Below, piece after piece: positions 1 through 11,492 of a stretch of DNA of 64,000 nt. Source of the DNA: Rhina ancylostomus (Eukaryota); the NCBI GenBank assembly GCA_030265395.1, contig JARFYF010000054.1:4400743-4464742 (forward strand). The letters run 5' to 3'. Positions within the stretch are counted from its first letter, which is position 1. Each line of letters starts with the position of its first letter. Both the position numbers and the translations under genes were made by a program. Under the pieces are notes generated by a model. The model saw nothing but the letters and a program-made list of their open reading frames with translations. It was not told the DNA's origin and did not search any database.

Positions 1-40
1 TTCATTCATTCATTCATTCATTCATTCAGTCAGTCAGTCA
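1..40. repeat. (TTCA)n/(GTCA)n tetranucleotide microsatellite
   Basis: Direct read: ttcattcattcattca...cagtcagtca. Confidence 0.9.
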
Positions 41-125
41 TCTATCCATGCTATTACCTTTCCTGTAATATCATGGGCTCCAATCTAGTTTAGCTGCCTT
101 ATTTGCGGCACTTTGTCAAAGGCCC
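30..125 (-). mobile_element. CR1-type LINE reverse transcriptase (RT) fragment
   Basis: Minus strand translates AFDKVPQIRQLN*IGAHDITGKVIAWIDD*L. Confidence 0.8.
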
Positions 126-472
126 GTACAGCCCTCATGCAATCTTCTTTCCTTAGATGACTCCAGTCAGAGATAATCAAAATCATGAAATTAAATGTTG
201 TGTACCATTTAATCCAGTCCTTTGTGGCTGCACCTGCTGTGCTATCTCAGTGCTGCATGCCTTCAGATTAGCTGAATGACTCCTCGTTCCTCTTTTTTGG
301 ATGTTCCTTGGAATACTGATCTTACTGTAGTTAACCATGGAGAAGAATGCTTGGAATGCAGGAAGCTGGCAAACATTTGAAATGCTCAGGCCACTTAGGC
401 TGTGCTGAAATAGGCATCACTTCAATACCTGTGATGTTACATGTCTTAAGGACAGCAGTATATATCATCCTG

Positions 473-776
473 ACACAAGAGACTGCAGATGCTGGAATCT
501 GGAGCAACACAAAAAAGCACTGGAGTAACTCAGCGGGTCAGGTTGCATCTACGGAGGGAAACGAACAGATAACATTTCAGGTTGAGACCCTTCACCTGGA
601 TCCACCCATCACCTGCTAGCTCTTGTTCCACCCCTTCCTTCCAGTTTTTTTATAATGCCTATCTCCCTCTTTCTTTCCAGTCCAGTGGGAGCGTCTTGAC
701 CCAAAACATTGACTGTCCATTTTCCTCTATAGATGTTGCCTGACCCGCTGAGTTCCTCCAGAGCTTTTTGTGTTCT
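473..776. mobile_element. Fold-back element derived from a Penelope pseudo-LTR (pLTR)
   Basis: Inverted arms (tggagtaactcagcgggtcagg / cctgacccgctgagttcctcca). Flanked by a 13/14 direct repeat at 459-472 and 777-790. Confidence 0.75.
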
Positions 777-1004
777 TATATATAATCCTGTCCTAGTTTG
801 GCATATATAGTAATTTTCATGGCAACATGGAAAAAAACTGCTGTCTTAGAATGTGGCACTGAGTGACAGTCCAAGTCTCATAGCCATAGATATCTAGCAT
901 AGTCTTCAAAAGTGTATTCCACAGACATTTGCTCAAAATAAGCACTAGCTTTGGAAAAGCAAGAATTAATATTTGAATCATTAATAACATATGTGTATCT
1001 CATC

Positions 1005-1580
1005 AGAACTGGCCAGTTTCTACACACACTGGAAAAGATGGATATCTGAAATTGTTGAATTCAATATTGCATCCTAAGGGCTGTAATGTGGAATCTGAGG
1101 CACTGTTCCTCAAGCTAGTAGTGAGCTTTGTTGGAGGAACGTAATAGGCTAAAAGCGAAGGTCTAGGAGTGGGATGGAGAAATCGAATGGAAGGCAGCTG
1201 GAAGCTCAAGGCCACCCTTGGAGTGAACAAGGGGTGTTCTCAAAACTCAAATCTGCATTTGGTTTCTTCAATGCATAAACCACACTGTGAACAACAAAGG
1301 CTGTATAATAAATTGGAAGTGCATGTAAATCAGTCAGCCGTGAGTAGCAAGCCTTTACAATTCTCAGGTGGTACCACCACTACTTATGTCTTGGTCTTCA
1401 CGCCTATGACAGACATTTACTTTGTTCACCCCTCTCCTCCCATTTCTCTGAAACTTATGCGATGTTTGACTTCTAACTTTGCTAGCTCAGTTACCAACCT
1501 GAAACTTTAACCATGTTTTTCTCTCCACAAAGGCTGCTTGATCACTGAATATTTCAGATTTCTAGCATCTACATTTTATT
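1005..1580. mobile_element. Penelope-like element remnant: GIY-YIG fragment (minus) plus terminal repeat (plus)
   Basis: Minus 1045-1330 gives a degenerate FTCTSNLLY..CSQCG..EETK...LQPLGCNIEFNNFR. It is followed by a pLTR-like tail in the opposite orientation. Confidence 0.7.
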
Positions 1581-2287
1581 TTGCTTTTCAAACACTAAAC
1601 CAGGAATTTTGGAAAGTTCCACTCCACAGCTGAAGATCATTGCATGTAGGGAGACTAGCATTCCTTAAAATGGAGGGAGAGGAGAATATATACAGCCTTT
1701 GTGACACTTCCTCTAAATACCATTCCCCAACCAAAGTCCACACTTAAATGATCCTTATAGTCCATTCTGCTATTCCATCGCATCTTTCTTCTGTTTCTAC
1801 TTTTATACGTGTTCCTAGCATCTTATTTTATCCACTTCCTCCCCCCATCTTTCTACTTTGTTTGAATCTAAATTAAACCTTCCTCCCTCCCACAATCACC
1901 ACCAAATGCCTGAATTTCATATAAATTGTAATGTCATAAAAAGACTGATGAATGCAAACACAGAATTTTAGGAATTGGTAAGAATTATTTAATTCGAATA
2001 AAACACTAAAGAAAGCCAGTCGATCAGGCAACGTGACAGGCGAGGATATTTTCCAACTTTTGCATTTGGGACTGAAGCAACAGAATTTATACTTTGGAAT
2101 AAAACTACTTTGGTCTAAGTTTAATCATTATACTTTCAGGAGACTCTTGGAAATGAAAGCAGTATTTCAACAGGCCAGTGATCTATTTTCATTTCCACTT
2201 AAAAACTTCATTCACCTCCATTTATTTGTCCAATAACCCTAATACAAATGGTACACTAAGTAGTTCCAGATATCATTTCTTCCTTTA

Positions 2288-2750
2288 GTCATACAGCACA
2301 GAAACAGGCCCTTTGGCCCACCTTGCCTATGTTAACTATCATTATTTATCTGTATTTATCTACATTAATCTACAATTTATCTAATGTATTTATCTACATT
2401 AATTCCATTCACCAGCATTGCTCCATAGACTACTTTGCCTTGGTGATTCAAGTGCTCATCTAGATGCTTCTTAAATATGGTGAGAATATCTGCATCTAAT
2501 ACCTTTTCAGTTAGTGAGTTCCAGCTAGCAACCACCCCCTGGGTGAATAAATTTCTGAGATCCCCTCCAAATCCCTTACTCCCCTCGCCTTAAAACTATA
2601 ACAGCTGGTCTTAGACATTTCTACATGGAGAAAGTTTCTTACTATCTACCCTATTAATGCCTGTCATAATTCTGCACAGCTCTTTCAGGTCCTCCCCTCA
2701 GCCTCCTCTGCTCCTGGTGAATCTCCTCTGCTCCCTCTCCTGTCCTTAAC
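2288..2750 (-). mobile_element. CR1-type LINE 3' fragment
   Basis: Starts with the reverse-complemented CR1 tail (catacagcacagaaacaggccctttggccc). Related to the copies at 38425 and 61848. Confidence 0.75.
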
Positions 2751-3339
2751 TCTCCTCTCAATCTTAAAGAAGCAGTTAAATTTAAAATTTTCTCCTCAGC
2801 AGAAAAAAATGTCCCCAGTGATCAAAGTATAATTAAAATGATATTATACCACACTCTGTGAACTCTGAATCAAATCTGCATAATTGATAAAAGATCATTT
2901 TTTGCTGTGGGATCTCAGATATCACAATGATCCATTTGATATTTTAAAAGAATGTCATAGAAAAAAATTCCAAAATCTTGCAAAGTCAAAAAGAAACAAA
3001 ACAAAAAGTGCCCACTACCTTGCAAGCCATTGATTATTCAGCCTTTTGTGTTTTAAACAAGGGGCACAGGAATACATAAATTTGCCACACCTTTAACGAG
3101 ATCAAAATGGCATGTTTTTCACAACCTGCTAATTTGCTTCAATTCAGATCTTTGTCAGTGATCCTATATCTCTCTCCTCTACATCACTATTAGTAGATTT
3201 CAAACCCACTAAGACAACTAGAAAACATAATAAATGCAAATTTATACTCGACATGACAGCATCACTATTGTTAGCAATACAACTACTATTACCCAAATCC
3301 TTGAGAGCAAGTGCATCTATCCATAATATTTAACATCCT

Positions 3340-3575
3340 TGTGCAGGATGTTGAATCTCTGGGATTCTCTCCCCTGGAGGATTGTGGAAGCTAGATCAAT
3401 GAAGGTATTTAAAGAGGAAATAGATACATGTTTGAGAGGTCAGGGAATTGCTGGCTATGGGTAATTGGCACAAAAGAGGTGAAGTGTGGAGCAGATCTGT
3501 CACAATCACATTGAATGATGGGCAAGTTTGAGGAGCCAAGTGGCTGACTCTTGCTCCTATTTTCTTATGTTCTTA
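3340..3575 (+). mobile_element. CR1-type LINE 3' end
   Basis: gaatctctgggattctct...actcttgctcctattttcttatgttctt tail. Confidence 0.75.
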
Positions 3576-3939
3576 CAATCAATGTATTAATAATTCTTGA
3601 AATGGAGAATGACCAAATTCACATTCTCAGGTCTAAGGCTAACAAGAGAAAACTTAACTACACTGCTACTGATAAAAAACTGATATTACATAAATTTTTA
3701 CTTATGATTCAGAAGTAATTTACTTCCTCATCCAAAGCCTGGCTGAAGTATATACTTTTTACAGAGGTTTATATCAGCACAGTATTCCAGCTAATTTGTG
3801 AGTTGTTAACTGCCACCAGATCAATATTCTATTAATGTCACATTTCTTTCACAAAAATAAAGACTCTAAAGTGTTTTCCACCATCATTTGTTAGCTGTGC
3901 ACATTGTGAATTAATCTAGTTTTCATATATTTTTCACAA

Positions 3940-4237
3940 CATACAGTAGGAGGCCATTCAATCCACCAAGTCTATGCCAGCTCTCAGAGCATTCCCATCA
4001 ATCCCATTTCCCAACTTTTTCCCTGTAACCTGATTCTCCTACCATCTACCTACATTAGGGGCAATTTACAGTGGCCAATTAACCTGCCAACCAACAAATC
4101 TTTGGAATATGGGAGGAAAACAGAGCACCCAAGGCAAACGCACAGGTCACAGGGAGATACCACTGGGGGTCAGGATTGAACATGGTTCAGTGGAACGGTG
4201 AGGTATCTAGTCTACCTGCCTCTCCACTGTGCTGTCC
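3940..4237 (-). mobile_element. tRNA-derived V-type SINE (HE1-like)
   Basis: Reverse-complement V-domain (gggaggaaaacagagcaccc...gtcacagggaga), B-box-like caggattgaac and a CR1-like tail. Confidence 0.75.
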
Positions 4238-4839
4238 TTCAACTTGTTCTGGCTGTTAGTCGAACACTAGTTAGGCTAAGTGGTATTTTATGTAGACAAA
4301 CTTAATGCCAATGAGATAAAATTACTCATTGTTTTGCAATTTAGATAGATCATGCAACACAGTTTTAGTAATATTGCTTTCATTGCAATATGCCAACAGA
4401 TATGAAGAAATAGCATCAATGAATATATAACTATAGACAAATATATTTTCAATAAAAAAGTTAGTGGATACTGTTCTTAAATACAACAGTACCTGGCATG
4501 ATATCAAAAAAAGATTACATATCCTATTCAATTATCTACCTTTCTTAACACTAACCCAAACCCCATCAAATTCTTGAAGAATACCAGTGATAAAGTTATT
4601 TACAATTTAAGACTTTCAAGTTGATTCTGATACAAGATAAATGTTACACTTTCAATTCCACACCAACAATTTTCCATCCACAGTCAAACTTGTTATGTGA
4701 TTTTTCCTTGTTACCACATGCACCATCACAACACAACATGCAATAACATTGTGAAAACTGATCCTGCCAACTTGCACTATACTAATCTCCACCTTCATGA
4801 AGTCATAAGCTTCAGCAGAAAAAATTAGAAATATTGAGT

Positions 4840-5540
4840 ATCTTTTTAAATGGTAAAATATTTTAAAATGTTAATGCTGACAGGGATCTGTACATTTTTT
4901 TTGCACGCAAGTCACTGAAAACTAATGCAGGTACACCAGATATGGTACTTAGTAATACAAAATGGTACACTGGCCTTATTTGCTAGAGGATTCAAGCACA
5001 AGAATAAAAATATCTTACCACCATCACACAGGATCTTGTGAGACCATGCCTGGACTGCTGTGTGCAATTTTGATCTCACCTACCTAAAGTATACTTGCCA
5101 CAGAGGTAGTGCAGCTAAGATTTACAAGACTGATTCCTGGAATGGCAGGTCTGCCAGAAGGAGAGATTGAAGAGACTAGGCCTCTGTTCTTTAGAGTACA
5201 GGAACATACAATATTATGGAGCACATGACATTATACATACAAGGAGGATGCTTCCATGGCTGAACTAGGTCATAATCTCAAAATGGATAGGCGATTTGGG
5301 ACTGAAATTAGGAGAAATTTCTTTACTCAACGGGTGATAAGTTTTTAAATCCGGAGGGCTGCAGAGGCTTAGACATTGATTGCATTCCAAACTTAGATCA
5401 ACAGTTTTCTGGAGAAACTAAGGGATAGGGCAGGAAATATTGGGTGCTGAGATAGAAAATCAGCCATGATCTTGTTGAATGACAGAGCAAGCTCAAGGGG
5501 CCAAAAAGTCCAGTCGTGCTCCTTTTTCTTATGTTCTTTT
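4840..5540 (+). mobile_element. Degenerate CR1-type LINE, late ORF2 and 3' end
   Basis: gtgagaccatgcctggactgctgtgtgcaattttg (VRPxLxYCVQFW-like) and the gctcctttttcttatgttct tail. Confidence 0.75.
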
Positions 5541-6429
5541 ATTCATTTCATATTTCTTATTTTAAATGTCACTTAGTGTAATTTACATACATATTTAGAT
5601 GTGTTTTTAAAAATATAATTGGTTGCACTTAAAACCCTTACTTCTGTAATCAGAATCTGTTTGCTCTCAAATCTGACCTTACAATCTAAAGCAAAATTAA
5701 ACATTCTAATCACCAGCCACTAAAAATTAAAACATCACTAGTTTGGACAGAGTTTGTCAGGTATTTTAATGTCACTCAGTTTCATTTTATATTCAACTAT
5801 AATTCTTCTTTATCATACCAGCAGTCCAGAGTTTATATTTAAAACCATACATTTTTGAACTGTTATTTTAGACAGCATAAATGCAAGACAGCCACTCACT
5901 ACATTTTCTTTTTAAAGATTTCTTTTCAAAAAGTTTTCATGTCCTGTACCATGGAGCGAAAGTTACAATATCATAGGGTCTACATCTGGCATCCTACCTC
6001 TAAACAGCAGGTCACAGATCTTCAAATAATTTACATATTTGGATAGCAAGAAGCAGTTAGAAAAATTCCTCTTGATCTAAACTTCAAGATTATGACATGC
6101 AAAGATGACACCACTGTTTTCCCAAACTCCCACTGTGCTACTGCTCTTCTAATATATTTGCCGAAAACTTTTAACTTTGCATTACTGCCTTCACTATAGA
6201 GCTATTTTCCAAAGATTAATTAAGTAATTCAATTACAAATTTCCTTTCCCAACTGTATTGTAATCCGCTGCAGAAACAGTGCACATTAAAATCAAATCTC
6301 CTAATCTGGAAGAACATCTCTGTGGCATCCAAGAAATTTTTGATTTTAATCTGCACTGACTGCTTCATGCACTGACAACAGTTTATATCTACACAATCAA
6401 GAAACTGGGAAACAAATCATTTTAATTAA

Positions 6430-6600
6430 CCAACAACTTGTATTACATAGCACCCTTGAAACATCCCAAGGGACTTCACAAAAGCACCATATATTTAAGA
6501 AAACACCAAACCACACATGGAGAGATTAGAATAGTGACTTCAAGTTTGATTGAAAAGATTTTAAGATGCATCTTAAAGAAAGAAGTGGAGATTTAGCCAT
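6430..6600 (-). mobile_element. L2-like LINE 3' remnant
   Basis: acaacttgtattacatagcacc...catcccaagggacttcaca resembles the reverse-complemented L2/Deu tail. Confidence 0.45.
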
Positions 6601-6814
6601 AACTCTTCGAACTAAAAAAAAATTTCAATAAAATGGCTTTCAAGTTTAAATAAAAACATACAGGTTAGGAAGCATTTTAAACATATGAGGATTTTGTGAA
6701 GGAGACTGGTGGGTTAGGAAGCAGAGAAAAACAAGAGAAGGGGAGTTGGGAAGGAAGTGGAAGATCAAGGTGATGGAGAAGTAGGTCTGATGAATCCTTA
6801 ACAGACAGAATTGT

Positions 6815-7110
6815 AGCACTTGGTCTGAATTACTGATCCAGAACCATGTGTTCAAATCCCATAATGGCACCTGCAGAGTTTAAATTCAACAAGTTAAATA
6901 TATCTGGAATAAAATATAACTGGCATCAGTGACCATGAAACCACTGAATTATTGCAAAAAGAAAAATCCATTTCCAGTTATATATTTTACCTCCTCCTGG
7001 CCAGAATGCAACTCCAGACCCACCAGTGTGATTACCTCTATAGGGTCTGCTGAAATGACCCAACACGACGCACAGTTCAGGTGGCTAAAATGGGTGGGCA
7101 TAATTACAGT
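6815..7110 (+). mobile_element. Degenerate tRNA-derived SINE
   Basis: B-box-like gttcaaatccc, followed by a body (gaccatgaaacc...actccagacccac) typical of shark SINEs. Confidence 0.5.
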
Positions 7111-8108
7111 GCTTGACAGTCATCTACAATCTTTTTTTTAAAAATCAACCCAATGAAGAACTAAAATTGTTTCTTTGCAAGGTTAATTTTAACTACAAGC
7201 TTGAATTTTTAAGCTAACCTAACCCAAGGACATGTGGCCTGCCTATCAGAGCTGAGTGTAATTACAACCTCTATGCTGGGATGTTGGCTTAACAGAGGAT
7301 GTTGATATTGGTTCAATGGTCCTGCCAGCAGACTTAGAGCATTTTGCAGAGATTGTGTTGTTGATACCTCTCCAGGTGAATTGAGATGGTTGCTGTAAGC
7401 ATAAAAATTATCCAGTTATACATGAGCTGTGAATATCCGTTATTTTATTTGATTTCAACTAAGCAATGTCTGTACTTTTCCAGGCAGGTTAAAACTAGTA
7501 TGCCTTATTGTTCAATTTAAGAAGTGTTTGTTTCAATTTTTTTTTGTGCAGGCTGCTTTGACAGGAATGTTAAATGAAGAAGTTATGACAGGGTAAAGTT
7601 TTGGCTGTGCAACTTCAATTGGTCATTAAGATCCTGGTGGAATGGCAGACCGTGGTTAGTTTTCGAATCTGGTTACTTTGTACTTGTTACATGATGGAAC
7701 AATGTTCAAAATAACCGCAATGCAAAGCAGTGGTGTTGTAAGGATACAAGGACTATAAGAGTAATGAAAAATCTAGACACAGAAAATAATAAAATCCATT
7801 GAAAGAAAAAAAATGTTAAAATAATATTACTATGTTTTTTTTGAATTAAACAGCACACCACAAGCACAAGATTAAAAATTAATCACTGATAGTGAAGTGA
7901 GTCTTGAGATGAGATATTAAGTTCTAGGCAATGATAAAAAAAATAGCAGAATGAAAACTTTGCATTAATCTAAACTAAGGAAAATGAAAGTGGAAGAGAG
8001 AATTGGGGAACAGATAATATAGAACTCAACATTAGGTCGCGTTGATAAACCATATCAATAGGTTAATGTAATCACATGCTTTTACACAGAACATATTACA
8101 AAAAAGAC

Positions 8109-8317
8109 AAATGGTCTTCTCCAGCTTACAACTGCCCAACATACGTACAGCTTGCACATACGAATTAATGTTTGGGAGACCGATGGGATGGATTTACCGG
8201 CTGTTGCGGAGCTGTGTGTACCGTGTGGGAACTCAGATCACAGCTGTGTTTCCGACTTGCGAACTGCTAGGGTTATGAACAGTTCACAGGAATGCCGTAA
8301 CCTGGGAGGGACTTGTA
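8109..8317. mobile_element. Tigger/pogo-like MITE (non-autonomous Tc1/mariner superfamily)
   Basis: CpG-rich ~210-bp segment with degenerate terminal inverted repeats (TIRs): gtcttctccagcttac / gtaacctgggagggacttgta, ending in TA. Confidence 0.55.
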
Positions 8318-8394
8318 ATGATGGCTCCATTAAAAATCTTGAGATATAAAGTACTGTATTCAATATTGGGTTCCACACTCCAGAATGACTCAAA

Positions 8395-9555
8395 TTTGAG
8401 GAGAACCTCCACCACAGATTTACTAATGAATTGGGAGTCCCACAAACTGCCTGCAGGTTTATTCACAAGCCATCAGCCTGCTGGCAGGTTTCTCCTTCCA
8501 TTCCCTTCCTTCTCTCTGTCTTTTCAGCTTCAAGAGCATAATGGTTCTTTTCAAAGAAGGCCACTGCCTGACGTGGGATGCGGCACTAATAGATTGCATG
8601 CTACTCCCAGCTTCTGATCTCTACACCAGTTTCCTTGAAATACATTTTCAGCATGTCCTTGTATCATTTATTCTGTCTACCACTACGTCATGGTCATGGG
8701 TGAGCTAGGACTAGAGTGCTTGTTTAGGAAGGTGAAAATCTGCCATTGTTTGATGAGCATATAGGTAAGGATTTTTATCCTGCTGTAGAGAGCAAGTCAA
8801 TACCTTGATAATTTCCATATTCCGACTTACCTCCTTTCTCAAAGACTTTAAAACATTGGCATTTCTCAAGTCCTTGGGAATCTCCTCAATGGACCAGATT
8901 TGAAGCAACTGTGAGCTTTACACTAGTTCTTTACCTACAACATTGGAGACTTCAATTGCAATACAATTTGGTCCTGTAGCCTTATTTTTCTTGGCTTGCA
9001 TGATGACACATCTTACTTCTTCAAGGACAAGACGATGAGCGGGTGGGGGAAGGGATGCGATTCTCTAAGGGATGGATTCCATAGTGGCAGTTAACTCATG
9101 GTTCAGGAGAGTTTCAAAGTGCTTCTTTCACCTAGTTTTGATGGCTTTACTTTCCTTATGGAGCAACATGCACAGGAACTTGGGCATAAAAAGCTGGAAG
9201 AAAGCTCCACGTCATAATTCTCAGAATAATCTTGATTTCCTTGGCCTTTTCTGCCCATCACTTAGTTTTGATGGCAATGACCTTCCTTTGGGGTTCAGTC
9301 TTGAGTTGCTGGCATAAGTCTTTCTTCCGCATGAGATGACGTTTCATCACATGCAGTGGCCTTTTCTTTTTCAATCAAGCAGGGCCTGACTGTCAGTATC
9401 ATTCTTCATCATCTAGCCATGGTAATGACGGAAAATATAGCTGATGGACTTAGCACATGCCAAGAGAATGCCAGTCTTTAAACTCTTTTGGAAATTTTCA
9501 TTATCAATGCCAATTCTATGCTGATAAACATGTGAAAAAAGTAAGAGGTTATGAA
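8395..9555 (-). mobile_element. RTE-clade LINE fragment with internal deletion
   Basis: Minus ORF LQIWSIEEIPKDLRNANV... (pre-RT region) is fused to the C-terminal LPKQAL...GRQNK*YKDMLK. Most of the RT domain is missing. Confidence 0.75.
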
Positions 9556-10688
9556 AACCCTATTAAAAATCTTGAGATCTAAAGGGTTGTGTTCAATATT
9601 AGGTTCCATGATATAAAATGATATTCACCAGTGATGTCTGGCATGAAGAATTACAATTATAAAGAAACACTTGAAAAAGAGGGCCTTCATTTCATTATAA
9701 CAATGCAGATTATAGTCATATGATTTAAAAAATGCTTTACTATGAAAATCTGGAGCAACAAAGAGCACCTGACTGTTCCCAGGGGTTAACAAGAGAAAGA
9801 AACAGTAGATAAAGGATTCTATGCAAGAGATATGGAACATGGTATAAGAGAAATCTCTTTAAGTAGCAGTAATTGAGGCAAAAGTTATGATTAGATTATA
9901 TAGGAGTAAAGAAAATGTCAAAGGAGTAAAGAAACAAAGTATGAAATGTAATCAGATTTATTTGTATAGGGTTAATTCTGACCAAGACTGTTGAATAGCA
10001 TACTTAAGTGTCTATGTAATTCAATGTACTGGTGTACTCGTTATTTATGTCAGGTTAAAACACAAATTCAACCTTTACTTCATTTTGTTGATTGGTCTGC
10101 CAGAATTCATACCATAGTGGTGGAGCTTCAAATCAGAAGCAAAGACAAAGATTCAAAACCAAAATTAACAGCAAAAAAAGACCTGCAGAAATATTTTTAT
10201 TCCACTCAAGTTGTTGAGAGCCTATAGTTTTATTTAATTATAATTCTGCCATGTTCATATCTTCGGATCAGTTAAAATAATCCTCCGGGACAAAGCCTTT
10301 TCCCACACTCCAGGCTTTCATTTTTGCTTCTGTGTTTTCTCCATGAATAAGCATATCAAGATCAAGGAGCACCTCCAATAAGCTGGAAATGGGTCATAGA
10401 AGATCAAATTTAACTTTTTAAATCACCATAAAACTTTCCAGATTTTAAAATGTGAGACTAGAAAAGACTTCTGATGCCAAATCCCTATAGAACCATCTAG
10501 AGAAAATAACTTTTATTTCCTTAAATCAATCATTAATCTCTTCCACTTCCATGGCAACACATGCATTCCTCAATTTAAAAGAAACTATAATATGGCTTTT
10601 TCTGAGGAGCAAGGTAAAATATGATGATTATTATTAATATCTGACATCCTGCGATTCATGCAAAGTGACAATACCAACTAACAGTGCA

Positions 10689-11492
10689 TCTTTTTCCAGG
10701 CAGCAAGGGCTGTGACTTGGAGTGAGAAGCAGGCTATCAGTGCAAGAAGTGGGAGTCATATGAGGTGAGTGTCAGGACCCAGTTCTTTTCCAGGTAGTGA
10801 GGGCCGTGACTTGGAGCGAGAAGCGAGACGCTCTGTCTCTAGTGCCTAGCTAAAGTAGTGATAATGGATCCAGGGTCAGTGGTGTGTTCTTCCTGCCAGA
10901 TGTGGGAGATCAAGTCTCCCTGATAGCTACATCTATGGGAGGTGCATCCAGTTGCAGCTCCTCACAGACAGTGTTAAGGAACTGGAGCTGCAGCTGGATG
11001 ACTTTCTGCTCATACAGGAGAATGAGGAGGTGATAGGTGTGGCTGCATCTTTGTAGCTTTTATTTAAGTTGCCAGAATCAAGTAGCTGGGTCAGGAGAGG
11101 GGAAGGGAATAGGCAGATAGTGCAGAGAACCCCTGTGGCTGTTCCCCTCAATAACAGGTATACAGCTTTGGATACTGTTGGGGGGGGGGGGGGGGGGGGG
11201 GAACCACCGACCCGGGGAAACCCCCCCCGGTCCGGGCACTGGCACGCCGTTTGGCTCTGTGGCTCGAAGGAAAGCTGGGACAAGAGAGAAGAGGAAAGCA
11301 ATAGTGATAGGGGACTCTATAGTTAGGGGAACAGACAAGAGATCCTGTGGATGTGAAAGAGACTTCTGGATGATATGTTGCCTCCCAGGTGCCGGGGTCA
11401 GGGATGTCTCAGATCGAGTCCACAGCATTCTAAAGGGTGAGGGTGAGCAGCCAGAAGTCATGGGTACCTAGGAAAAAGGATGAAGGCCTGAG
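10689..11492 (+). mobile_element. CR1 LINE 5' UTR and ORF1 (zinc-finger/leucine-zipper plus N-half of SGNH esterase), disrupted
   Basis: MDPGSVVCSSCQMWE...CIQLQLLTDSVKELELQLDD and KAIVIGDSIVRGTD...CCLPGAGVRDVSDRVHSILKGEGEQPEV. Ends at an N-gap. Confidence 0.9.

Noticed and set aside
11180-11260. 22-nt G run and the following CpG/C-rich stretch (G-quadruplex; poly-Gly/Pro ORFs)
   Set aside because: It is an expanded homopolymer inside CR1 ORF1, and the sequence after it may be error-prone. There is no evidence of function, despite FANCJ being a G4 helicase.
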